Shown here in pieces: positions 55,846 to 64,000 of a stretch of DNA of 64,000 nt (position 1 is its first letter; every line of letters begins with the position of its first letter). The DNA comes from a virus. The stretch lies in the IMG/VR virus record IMGVR_UViG_3300005721_000046, one strand, 5' to 3'. Made by a program: the position numbers and the translations under genes. The notes under the pieces are model-generated. The model was given only the letters and a program-made list of their open reading frames with translations. It was not told the DNA's origin and searched no databases.

Positions 55846-56046
55846 TTAAAATATCGCCGAAAGCCAATCGACCCAAAGATTGAAACCTCGACAAATACCG
55901 CCAGGAAGAAAAACGAGACCAACAACCGCGAGTATGACGTTGTTATGCCATAGAGCCTCTATGACATGCGTTCCAAGCAGGAATGTCAACGAGTTCCACA
56001 TAAGAAATAATATGACGTCGGCTTGATGTCTCATTTTTTTACTCAA
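55846..56046 (-). CDS. small membrane protein
   Basis: 66 aa with two hydrophobic helices. Confidence 0.3.
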   Translation of the reverse strand: MSKKMRHQADVILFLMWNSLTFLLGTHVIEALWHNNVILAVVGLVFLPGGICRGFNLWVDWLSAIF

Positions 56047-56099
56047 TGATTAATTTCGTTAATCTAACTTTAGCAAAAAAATAAGCGGATAACTCGCGG

Positions 56100-56744
56100 T
56101 TAATTGAGTTTCTTTAACATTTCCATCTTGAGACGTTGTTCCGCCATATAATCGCAGATTTCGGAATATACCAAGTTCAGTCTATCTTTGAGCGGAGACG
56201 CCTCAACATCCAATGTTGTTATATCAGGAAGAATATCGGACAAAAAACCTTTTATAAGCGTTTCGCAGTGAATTTGATAGGCAAAACCAATCGGCGGTCT
56301 ATAATCGTTAAATTCATAATCTGGCAGACGCCTGAGAAAAATGATAAAAGGTTTGTAGGTATAGATTAGTTTAAGGCATAACGCGCGATAAGCTATTAGT
56401 TGTCTGTCGTAGTCTTCAAAAACGTTTGTTCGATTGGCTAATGCGTTTTTGGTGCTATGCATACCAACTTCGGCATACGTATAGGCTAAAAGATCAACAG
56501 GTGTCCTGTCTATAATACACGGTTTGTCAATCTTGCCTAGAAAGCGTTCAAATGCCTTTAACAAACCGACTTGAAAATTCATTCGATCAATAAAATTAAG
56601 ATCGGCGACCGGACTTGGCAATCCCGCCTCAGCCGCCATTTCTGTGATTGATGTTGGTATAAAAGGAATTCCAAGCTTTTTTGACAACTCTTTTGCCAAT
56701 GTTGTTTTGCCCGAACAAGACGCGCCAGTTAAACCATAAATCAT
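56100..56744 (-). CDS. P-loop deoxynucleoside/dNMP kinase
   Basis: Walker A 'GLTGASCSGKTT'. 'IIDRTPVD' dNK-like motif. Confidence 0.55.
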   Translation of the reverse strand: MIYGLTGASCSGKTTLAKELSKKLGIPFIPTSITEMAAEAGLPSPVADLNFIDRMNFQVGLLKAFERFLGKIDKPCIIDRTPVDLLAYTYAEVGMHSTKNALANRTNVFEDYDRQLIAYRALCLKLIYTYKPFIIFLRRLPDYEFNDYRPPIGFAYQIHCETLIKGFLSDILPDITTLDVEASPLKDRLNLVYSEICDYMAEQRLKMEMLKKLN

Positions 56745-56764
56745 AATTGATCCTTCTCTTGAGA

Positions 56765-57445
56765 TTAGTGTCCGGTAGAACCAAAACCGCCAGTACCTCT
56801 GGCTGTAGTTGTGATGTTTTCGTCATCGAGAACAAAAAACATTCTGGCTCGCTTTGCAGGAACCATTTGAGCTATACGATCACCGGTTTTAACAATAAAA
56901 GGAATGTCGCTTGTGTTGAACAGGATGACGCCAATCTCGCCGCGATAATCCGGATCGATTGTTCCGGGTGTATTTAAAACGGTAATGCCGTTTTTGAGCG
57001 CAAGACCGGATCGCGGTCGTATCTGTAATTCATAATCTTTGTCCATATTTGCGATCATTAAGCCCGTTTTAATAAGCGCGCGTTGACGAGGTTTGATAAC
57101 GACTTCACCGTCAACTACGGCATAGAGATCCGCACCAACTGCTTCTTCTGTCGAGAAAACAGGCAAACGCGCATCTTTGTGATTTTTAAAGAAACAGACC
57201 GTATTTTCGCAGTTAGATGCGGCTTTCTTAATTTCGTTTTTCATAAAATCTGCCCTTAATTCACCTTCTATCTCTTTGACGACAAACGAAGTAATTTCCT
57301 CATTCATGGCGTCAGTTGCCGCCTTGCGTGTCACGTATGGCCCATATCGACGCCTATCTGTTGGACGCGAGCCGAAGATAAAGTCTGCATAGAAAAGTCC
57401 TCGTTTCCTATGGATTGAATAGTTAAGTCGAGGTTGTTCACTCAT
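56765..57445 (-). CDS. dut: dUTPase with ~67-aa N-terminal extension
   Basis: All five dUTPase motifs are present ('AVGADLYA', 'RPRSG', 'GTIDPDYRGE', 'GDRIAQ', 'RGTGGFGSTG'). Long-form start overlaps the thyX stop (ATGAGTGA). An alternative start at 57244 gives a canonical 160 aa. Confidence 0.85.
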   Translation of the reverse strand: MSEQPRLNYSIHRKRGLFYADFIFGSRPTDRRRYGPYVTRKAATDAMNEEITSFVVKEIEGELRADFMKNEIKKAASNCENTVCFFKNHKDARLPVFSTEEAVGADLYAVVDGEVVIKPRQRALIKTGLMIANMDKDYELQIRPRSGLALKNGITVLNTPGTIDPDYRGEIGVILFNTSDIPFIVKTGDRIAQMVPAKRARMFFVLDDENITTTARGTGGFGSTGH

Positions 57446-58328
57446 GTGTGTTGCTTTTCGTGTTATTTTGCAGTTGATTTTCGACTAGAATTCGGTGCTG
57501 AAACCAGCCTCGACAGAAGTTTCTGCTGGGCAGACCCAAATCTAATACAGCTTCGGCTTGATGCTCGACGGGCGAAGCATGAATGGGATTAGCGCCGACA
57601 AGTTTATTAAATCGCGCAAGTTCGCTGGCGATGTCATCTTTGCCGTCAAAGGGTTTGTAAGAAATGCGAGCGCAACGTGCCGCTGACAGCGACAAAAGTG
57701 TCTGCAGGTCGTTTGCGTTGTTTGTTTTGTCGTCATCGGTGATGTAAGGTAAGTGCCATTCGCCGCTATCAAGGTCTTTATAAGAGGTGTTTTCTACCGC
57801 ATCGCGTATTTTGACCGCCAAGTCATGAAAATGCGGTTCAGCATCTTTGTGACAACGCAAAGCAAAGAAATTGTCGAAATCGGTTGCAGTAATAAGCGTA
57901 TCAATCCACATAAATGGTTCTAGCAAACGATTTACCAACTGCTTGTGATATCCGGCGTTCATAAAGCCTTCGGCCGCTTCTACTGCATAGTCACGCGCTT
58001 TTAACCACATTGCTTCGCGATTACCGGTTATTGCCGGATGACTAGCTGAAACGAATGTTACATTTGCTGAACATTCTTCAAACGCCTGCATTCCTTTTTG
58101 GTTTTTCCCCCAATGCCACGGAATAACCGGATTGGTCTTCACTTCTTCGATCATTCTCGAAATAGGAACGGCGCGAGAAGAACGTGCGTTGCGTGAAAAG
58201 ACCCTGTGTGTCATTAGCTCTGAATGAATAAAGCGCGGATAGTGTAGATGAAGCGTAATCAAAGGTCTAATGGTGGCAAGCGGATGATTGCTAGCAGCAA
58301 TAACCTTAACAAACATTTGATCTTGCAT
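57438..58328 (-). CDS. thyX: flavin-dependent thymidylate synthase ThyX
   Basis: ThyX motif 'THRVFSRNARSSRA' (RHRx7-8S). Confidence 0.8.
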   Translation of the reverse strand: MQDQMFVKVIAASNHPLATIRPLITLHLHYPRFIHSELMTHRVFSRNARSSRAVPISRMIEEVKTNPVIPWHWGKNQKGMQAFEECSANVTFVSASHPAITGNREAMWLKARDYAVEAAEGFMNAGYHKQLVNRLLEPFMWIDTLITATDFDNFFALRCHKDAEPHFHDLAVKIRDAVENTSYKDLDSGEWHLPYITDDDKTNNANDLQTLLSLSAARCARISYKPFDGKDDIASELARFNKLVGANPIHASPVEHQAEAVLDLGLPSRNFCRGWFQHRILVENQLQNNTKSNTHE

Positions 58329-58455
58329 GTTTATTTCTTTCGATAAAATGTCTCATAAGACAAAAAAATAGCGCGTCGTTTTTTTTCACGACGCACTGTT
58401 TTTTATAACGAGAATTTTTTTGGATAACTGATGGGATTAATCAGATTTGTGTCGG

Positions 58456-58683
58456 TTAAAACTCGTCATCCAAATAATCTGCCAAGTCATCAAAACCGCC
58501 AATATGTTCGCCGTTTTGATATATCTGCGGAAAAGTTTTAAAGCCTAATGCTTTAAATTCGGCGATTTCGTCAGGCTCGGCATAAATGATTTCCTGATAA
58601 CTTTCGCCGCTATCTTTGATGGCCTTTTTGGCTTTTTCGCACCAAGGACAGCCGGGTTTTGTGTGAATGACAAAAGTACTCAT
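58456..58683 (-). CDS. glutaredoxin-like redoxin
   Basis: 'KPGCPWCEKAKK' CxxC active site. 75 aa. 4-nt overlap with nrdA. Confidence 0.7.
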   Translation of the reverse strand: MSTFVIHTKPGCPWCEKAKKAIKDSGESYQEIIYAEPDEIAEFKALGFKTFPQIYQNGEHIGGFDDLADYLDDEF

Positions 58684-60389
58684 GCTTCACAAGCCTGACA
58701 TGCAGCCGCGTTCGAGCGTCCTAGCTCTTGAGCTTTATTTAGGCTCTTGTGGTAATAAAGTGATTTCACTCCGCATTTCCAAGCCCGCACGATCAAATCG
58801 ACGTTTTCTCGTTTGTTCATATCAGGATTAATCTTCAAGTTGATTGACTGGCCTTGGTCAATGAAGCGCTGTCTATCACCTGCCTGGCGAATTATCTCGT
58901 GCGGGTCAATCTCGATGAAGGTTTTAAAAATGGATTTTTCTTCATCAGAAAGAAAGTCCAGATGCTGAACAGAACCGGCGTTTTTGAGAATTGACAACCA
59001 AGTTTCACGTGTGTTTTTACCTTTTTCATCCAGCACATGTTCAAGTACCGGGTTTTTCATGGTGAAAACGCCCTTTGCGTTGTCGTTCTCAAAGTAGTTG
59101 GATTCCCACGGCTCAATTGACTGCGATATTTGACCCAGAATAATCGACGAACTAGTTGTTGGCGCGATTGCATTCACACACAAGTGTCTGACACCATAGC
59201 CTTTCAAACCTTCTGGCTCGCCATATTCTGCGGCCATTGCTTTTGAGGCTTTATGAGACATCTCACCAATATACGAATGAACGGCGATATTGAACTCGCG
59301 AGCTTTTTCGCTTTCAAAGGCGATATTATTGGCTTGCAAATACGAATGATAACCGACAACACCCAAACCCAAAGCGCGCCATCTTTTAGAGAATGCATGA
59401 GCACGTTCCATAAACTTAATCGAAGCGGTTTTGTCGATATATTCGCTCATGACAGCGTCGAGAAAATAAATCATTTCCTCAACAAGTGGGGTATTCTTCC
59501 ATTCGTCATAAAAGAGCAAATTAACCGCCGACAGATTACAAACGAAGCTTTCTTCTGCGTTTGAGGGCAGCATGATCTCCGAACAAAGATTGGAAGCGTA
59601 AATCGGTATATTCTTGTCTTTCAAGACCTGCGGTTTTGCTCGATTGACTGTGTCTTTGAAGAAAATATACGGATAGCCGCTTGAACGACGACGTTTAATG
59701 ATTTTAGCCATAATCAGGCGTTTTTTGCCGCCTTTTTCTTCGGCCAACATCTCTTGCATCCATTTGTCACCGATACATACACCGAACGACAAATGTTGAA
59801 TAACATGATGGACGCCATCTGTAATCGAGCGCATCATCAGCCATTCATTAATATCCGGATGCTCAACATCAAGCCAGATGGCGCAATTGCCACGTCGAAT
59901 GTTCGACTGTGAGATAACAGATATTGACTCTTGCAACAGTCGTGCAAAATGAACCGGACCATGTGACTTACCGCCTGCTGATATTGGCGCGCCTTCGGGT
60001 CGTAGTTCGTTCATATAGCATGAAGTCCCCGCGCCTTGTTTGGTCATCATTCCGATTTCTGCGTTAGCTGTCAGAATGGACTCCATATTATCTTCCATGA
60101 AGGATCCATTACATGAGATAGGCAGGCCACGTTTGTTGCCAAAATTCGACCATACGGGAGAAGAGGGCGAGACCCAGCCACGCGCCATGCCTAGCCGAAC
60201 AGTCGGCAGTTTTTTGTTCAAGATGCGTTCGGCTGTATCAACCAGCTGATTGGCTCTTTTTATAGCCTCTTCGCGCAAGTTTGCCTGAGGAATGCCTTCG
60301 CGGAGATAACCGCGCGAAAGCATTGTCAGTGATACATCATTCAACCAGTACCAATCTGGTCGTGTTTTTAGTTTTTGAAGGTAATTCAT
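58680..60389 (-). CDS. nrdA: ribonucleotide reductase large subunit (class I alpha)
   Basis: 'NLCSEIMLP' active-site motif. Paired with R2 upstream. Confidence 0.8.
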   Translation of the reverse strand: MNYLQKLKTRPDWYWLNDVSLTMLSRGYLREGIPQANLREEAIKRANQLVDTAERILNKKLPTVRLGMARGWVSPSSPVWSNFGNKRGLPISCNGSFMEDNMESILTANAEIGMMTKQGAGTSCYMNELRPEGAPISAGGKSHGPVHFARLLQESISVISQSNIRRGNCAIWLDVEHPDINEWLMMRSITDGVHHVIQHLSFGVCIGDKWMQEMLAEEKGGKKRLIMAKIIKRRRSSGYPYIFFKDTVNRAKPQVLKDKNIPIYASNLCSEIMLPSNAEESFVCNLSAVNLLFYDEWKNTPLVEEMIYFLDAVMSEYIDKTASIKFMERAHAFSKRWRALGLGVVGYHSYLQANNIAFESEKAREFNIAVHSYIGEMSHKASKAMAAEYGEPEGLKGYGVRHLCVNAIAPTTSSSIILGQISQSIEPWESNYFENDNAKGVFTMKNPVLEHVLDEKGKNTRETWLSILKNAGSVQHLDFLSDEEKSIFKTFIEIDPHEIIRQAGDRQRFIDQGQSINLKINPDMNKRENVDLIVRAWKCGVKSLYYHKSLNKAQELGRSNAAACQACEA

Positions 60390-60397
60390 TTAAGGTC

Positions 60398-61363
60398 TCA
60401 AAAATCGTCGTCGTCGGTATCGTCCGACTGTGTGTAAGTCGTGGGTTCGCCATGAAAAAAATCGACCTTTGGCGGCGCGTAAATTCCTTCGGTCATCCAG
60501 AAGGTTTTTGCCTCAAGTTCCGGATTGATCTTGAACTGCGGCTTATAACCAATACCCTCAAGACTTTCATTTAGCCGGATAGCGACGAAGGTTTTTAGAA
60601 TTTCGGCATTGAGATTTGGTTGGTTGTAATCACCTAACATCCAATCAACGAGATTGCATTCAGCGGCATATGCAACGTGGCATTCCTCGACAACTTTGGC
60701 TTCCATGTCTGCGTCGAAATATTGCGGATATTCCTCGCGCAAAGTGTTAATGATCTTTGTACCAATCTGGCCGTGCAAGAGCTCTTCGTTTCGTGTGTAC
60801 TTAACTTGCTGAGCCGCGTCTTTCAGTCTGTTTTGAAAGCGGTTCATCCACAAAATGATATAAAATTGGCTGAACAAGCTTACGTTTTCGGTAAACAGCG
60901 TAAACAGAACCAACGAATAGATATATTGCTTCTTGTCGTCGCCATAGACCTTCTGATTGTGCTTGGTGAGGTATTTCACGCGATTAGCAATTGCCGGAAC
61001 ATGAAGATTTTCTTCAAAAATGTTCGACATGCCCATTTTGTCGAGCAGCTTCTCGTAGGCGTCATTGTGAATCTCTTCCGTGTGCGCCATAACCGTTCCA
61101 AGGCTGTCGATCGAAGGATGAGGAAGATTGTCGCCAAGGCGTGCCCAAAACTTTTTAACCTGAACCTCGATTTGTGCAATTGCCGCAAGACAACGCGAAA
61201 CGATTACACGTTCTTGATCGGTCATTTTAAGCCGGAAATCATTTACGTCACTGTCAAAGGAAAATTTCTGCGCGTTCCAAAAGCCGTCCCACATCGCCTG
61301 GATAAAATCTTTTGTCCAGGGATAATGATTGGGCTTACGCGCTACTTGTTTATCAAATAGCAT
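60398..61363 (-). CDS. nrdB: ribonucleotide reductase small subunit (R2)
   Basis: Di-iron ligand motifs 'EEIHNDAY' and 'EELLHGQ'. C-terminal 'DDDDF'. Confidence 0.8.
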   Translation of the reverse strand: MLFDKQVARKPNHYPWTKDFIQAMWDGFWNAQKFSFDSDVNDFRLKMTDQERVIVSRCLAAIAQIEVQVKKFWARLGDNLPHPSIDSLGTVMAHTEEIHNDAYEKLLDKMGMSNIFEENLHVPAIANRVKYLTKHNQKVYGDDKKQYIYSLVLFTLFTENVSLFSQFYIILWMNRFQNRLKDAAQQVKYTRNEELLHGQIGTKIINTLREEYPQYFDADMEAKVVEECHVAYAAECNLVDWMLGDYNQPNLNAEILKTFVAIRLNESLEGIGYKPQFKINPELEAKTFWMTEGIYAPPKVDFFHGEPTTYTQSDDTDDDDF

Positions 61364-61396
61364 CGTTATAACTCTTATATTTTTGTTGAATTTTTG

Positions 61397-61436
61397 CTTG
61401 TGAAAAGTGTCACAAGTCGAAGATATTGATCATATC
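61397..61436. promoter_or_regulatory. operator-like palindromes upstream of nrdB: CTTGTGA-N6-TCACAAG and perfect GATATTGATCATATC (61422-61436)
   Basis: Seen directly. Confidence 0.4.
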
Positions 61437-61474
61437 AAAAAGAAAAAAATATCAAAGACTTGACTTTGTTATTT

Positions 61475-62044
61475 TTAGCTTGTTTTTGCAGCTTTTATCA
61501 TTGCAACTGTTTGTCGAAAAGACGGCGTTTGAATGCCTGCATGCATAATGCCGACACTATCGGCCAAATGCTCATTATCGTTCGTAATAACAAACTCACC
61601 ATGCAGCTTTCGTTTGCGCCAATCAGCTTGTGGAAACTTTTCTGTCGCCCACTCAATCATTTCTTGTTTGCTGGCGGTCTTTGTACCAACAGCAGCAAGC
61701 TTTGTTTCAGTTGGAGAAACCTCGACAATGGGTACTGTTAAGCTTGCATAGATGCCGATAACAATACCAAAACCAAGTACGGCCGAATAACTTTGTCCGC
61801 CGCTTGGTACTTCAAGAAACACTACAGCACAATCATCAAGCAGCGGTCGCAATCTTTCCGCGATTGATTGAGCGCGTTTAAGATTGTCCGAGGAAGCTCG
61901 TACTTGTTTGTTTTTGCCTTTTTCGGTCTTCAAAATATGCATTTCGCCGATTGTCAGATGCTCGTCATTCGTGTCGTAAGTGCCTTTTACGACACCGAAA
62001 TTTCGTAGAGAGCCGTCAAGAGCGGCAATTTTAATCTCAGCCAT
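61475..62044 (-). CDS. RuvC-like Holliday junction resolvase
   Basis: 'IAALDGSLRNFG' (first catalytic Asp), 'VFLEVP', C-terminal 'EHLADSVGIMHAG'. Confidence 0.55.
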   Translation of the reverse strand: MAEIKIAALDGSLRNFGVVKGTYDTNDEHLTIGEMHILKTEKGKNKQVRASSDNLKRAQSIAERLRPLLDDCAVVFLEVPSGGQSYSAVLGFGIVIGIYASLTVPIVEVSPTETKLAAVGTKTASKQEMIEWATEKFPQADWRKRKLHGEFVITNDNEHLADSVGIMHAGIQTPSFRQTVAMIKAAKTS

Positions 62045-62526
62045 TAAAATCTCCCGAATAGCGCGTTATTTGCGTAAGCAGTCTCTTTACGACGCTTTTC
62101 TTTTTCCTTTTCTTCGTTTACCGATTTCTCGAATTCTTCATTTAGAACCAATAATATGTCGAGCCATTCAAGCTGATCAGCATCAATATTGTCGGTGTCG
62201 GGAAACACCTTTTCTTTGACGATAGAGAAAAATTTTGGGAAAACAGCATCCAAATCAGAAAGCGGAATCTCGATAAATTGCCATGCTTGACAATCTTCAG
62301 GCGAAAAACCGAATATTAAATTCTTGCGCGGTGAAAGATACACATAGTCCGGAGCGAATAAAATACCGTCGACTTTTTTCTTTTTGAAAGTGCCATCTTG
62401 ATATTTTACCGTAACAGCAGTCTGAATGTCTGTTGCTAGAAATTCCTCTTTTAAGCTTGCGCCAGCAAGTCGTTCGTTTAAAAATTGCGCAAATTCTTTG
62501 GTCAGAAAACCATGTTTCTTCGCCAT
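62044..62526 (-). CDS. hypothetical protein
   Basis: 160 aa ORF. Confidence 0.4.
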   Translation of the reverse strand: MAKKHGFLTKEFAQFLNERLAGASLKEEFLATDIQTAVTVKYQDGTFKKKKVDGILFAPDYVYLSPRKNLIFGFSPEDCQAWQFIEIPLSDLDAVFPKFFSIVKEKVFPDTDNIDADQLEWLDILLVLNEEFEKSVNEEKEKEKRRKETAYANNALFGRF

Positions 62527-62597
62527 GATTACCTCGTAATAAAAACTTCTTCTTTATTTATAGCAAATTAAAACGCGCGTTTTGTGCAGGATAGTCG

Positions 62598-64000
62598 CTA
62601 CGCCTCAAGGATATTTGTGGTTCCATCCTCAAGCTTTTGCACCGTCAAAACCTGATCAACGTGATCGCGTAGCTCATTATGACTAATTATGAAAACAGAC
62701 CCGCGTTCTTTGGCTTTTTCTTCCAAAATCATCGTAAGGCGCTCTAAACCGGCCGGATCGAGTGCATCATCGATTTCATCGCCGATAAACAAATCAATCG
62801 GCTTTGTCGCACGTGTTGCGACCAAGTCTTGTAGCGCAAGCGCGGCTGCGATGCGCACCTTACGTTTCTCACCGCCGGAGAGACCTTTAAATGAGCGGGC
62901 ACAATGTTCTTTTTCCACCTCAATGGTGAATTTCTCTTTTAATCCGCCACTTGCGCTCTTAGCCAATGTCGTCCACACCGCCTTTATATTGCCGTCAGAA
63001 AGCGTCGAGAGATATTTCTCCGTTTGCATGTTGAGAAACGGCGTAACATCGTCAAGCACACGCGCACGAACGCCTGCAGGCTCAAACACACGACAAATGA
63101 CTTGTTTCTCGCGGCAAACGAGTTCTTGCGCGGTCAATTGATTTTGCATTTGCTCTTCGTAGTTTTTGGCGGTTTCTAAATCGGCCTGCGATTTCTTTAT
63201 CTGACTATCAAGCGGACACTCGGCTGTTTTTAACGACTTAATTCGTTCGACATTCTCTTTCGCCAACTGCTTCCATATATCTTTTTGCTTTTCGAGTGCC
63301 GCTATTTCATCCCGTTGCTTTTGCAAAGCCTTTAATTTTGCGATATGCTCATCCGGAGCTGTCATTGATGCGATATAGTCGTTAGTCTCTTTCTTTATCG
63401 CTTCACATTCGTATTCTATTTTATAACTCTCGCTTTCTGTAGCGTCTTGTAGCGATTTTTGCTCACTCAAACGCTTGTTAAGCGCTTTTAGTTTGTGCGA
63501 GATATGTTCTTTGTCAAACAGTCGACCGCATTCGAGGCAGGGCTTGCCGATTAAATCATTCACCGTAGCGATCTCTTTCATCGTGTTGGTAATCTCGGTC
63601 GCTATTTGCGCTTTTTTGCGTGTTATTTGATTTAAGTCAGCAGTCTTTTCCCCAAGTTTCCCCCTAAAGTCGCTAAGTTTGTCTTTTTGTTTGTAAACTG
63701 AGGCGAGCTGATCGTTGACTTTGGCGATCTGATTATCAATGGCTTCTTTATTGGACGATTTAAGCTTATTGTCTAATTTAGCAATGTTGGCGATCAACTC
63801 TTTGGTTTTTGCATGAATAAGGTTGATTTCCTCGGTCTTTTTGCTTTCCCACTGTTGTTTTGAATTTTCTAAATCAACAATGTTTTTACCGATAAACTCG
63901 ACGCGTTCGTTTGCCTTTTCGATTTCGTTGGTGATTGATTGAAGAACGTAAGTCTCTTGTTTCAGCCGATCACGGGCTATCTCTGACGCCTTTTCAAAAA
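62598..64000 (-). CDS. SbcC/Rad50-like recombination ATPase, C-terminal part (N-terminus beyond window end)
   Basis: Long coiled coil. ABC signature 'LSGGEKRKVRIAAALAL', Walker B/D-loop 'LFIGDEIDDALD'. Frame remains open to 64000. Confidence 0.7.
   Translation of the reverse strand, partial: FEKASEIARDRLKQETYVLQSITNEIEKANERVEFIGKNIVDLENSKQQWESKKTEEINLIHAKTKELIANIAKLDNKLKSSNKEAIDNQIAKVNDQLASVYKQKDKLSDFRGKLGEKTADLNQITRKKAQIATEITNTMKEIATVNDLIGKPCLECGRLFDKEHISHKLKALNKRLSEQKSLQDATESESYKIEYECEAIKKETNDYIASMTAPDEHIAKLKALQKQRDEIAALEKQKDIWKQLAKENVERIKSLKTAECPLDSQIKKSQADLETAKNYEEQMQNQLTAQELVCREKQVICRVFEPAGVRARVLDDVTPFLNMQTEKYLSTLSDGNIKAVWTTLAKSASGGLKEKFTIEVEKEHCARSFKGLSGGEKRKVRIAAALALQDLVATRATKPIDLFIGDEIDDALDPAGLERLTMILEEKAKERGSVFIISHNELRDHVDQVLTVQKLEDGTTNILEA

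Noticed and set aside
1-64000. tRNA/rRNA genes
   Set aside because: Scanned intergenic regions for T-loop (GTTCRANYC) plus acceptor-stem pairing and found no convincing cloverleaf. The sequence is protein-coding dense, so none are reported.

Overview
This window is a 64-kb stretch of a tailed phage with a lambda-like siphovirus tail and an HK97/T7-type head. Several features suggest it is maintained as a phage-plasmid rather than integrated: its own ParA/RHH partition cassette, a ParE/RelE toxin-antitoxin pair, an internal tyrosine integrase that is frameshifted, and iteron-like repeat regions.

Minus strand, 1-22.3 kb: a complete lambda-order tail module, J-I-K-L-M-H(tape measure)-T/G-V-U. 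It includes a -1 frameshift site for the G-T chaperone and an extra NlpC/P60 paralog. Then come head-tail connectors, major capsid, scaffold, portal, TerL and TerS.

22.3-29.5 kb: a small wHTH / GNAT acetyltransferase / ABC-type ATPase operon, two ParB-like nuclease-domain proteins, an SF2 helicase, a dNMP-kinase-like protein and ParA plus an RHH partner.

29.6-47.8 kb: an accessory region of about 35 small, mostly orphan genes. It holds an HslV-like Ntn hydrolase, a 2OG-oxygenase-like protein, tandem XRE regulators, membrane proteins and three paralog families. Several repeat systems are interwoven with these genes. There are GGAAATAAG-type direct and palindromic repeat arrays, a roughly 50-bp promoter-like element present six times, a roughly 90-bp inverted-repeat element present twice, and two repeat-dense non-coding islands. 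One island has phased T-tracts and iterons and may be an origin.

47.9-64 kb: the frameshifted integrase, the ParE/RelE-like TA pair, a secreted Cys-rich repeat protein and an SPFH protein. After these comes a nucleotide-metabolism and recombination block: DnaQ exonuclease, HNH, HD nucleotidase, kinase, dUTPase, ThyX, glutaredoxin, NrdA/NrdB, RuvC-like resolvase and a partial SbcC/Rad50-like ATPase.

No rRNA, tRNA or CRISPR array was recognised.
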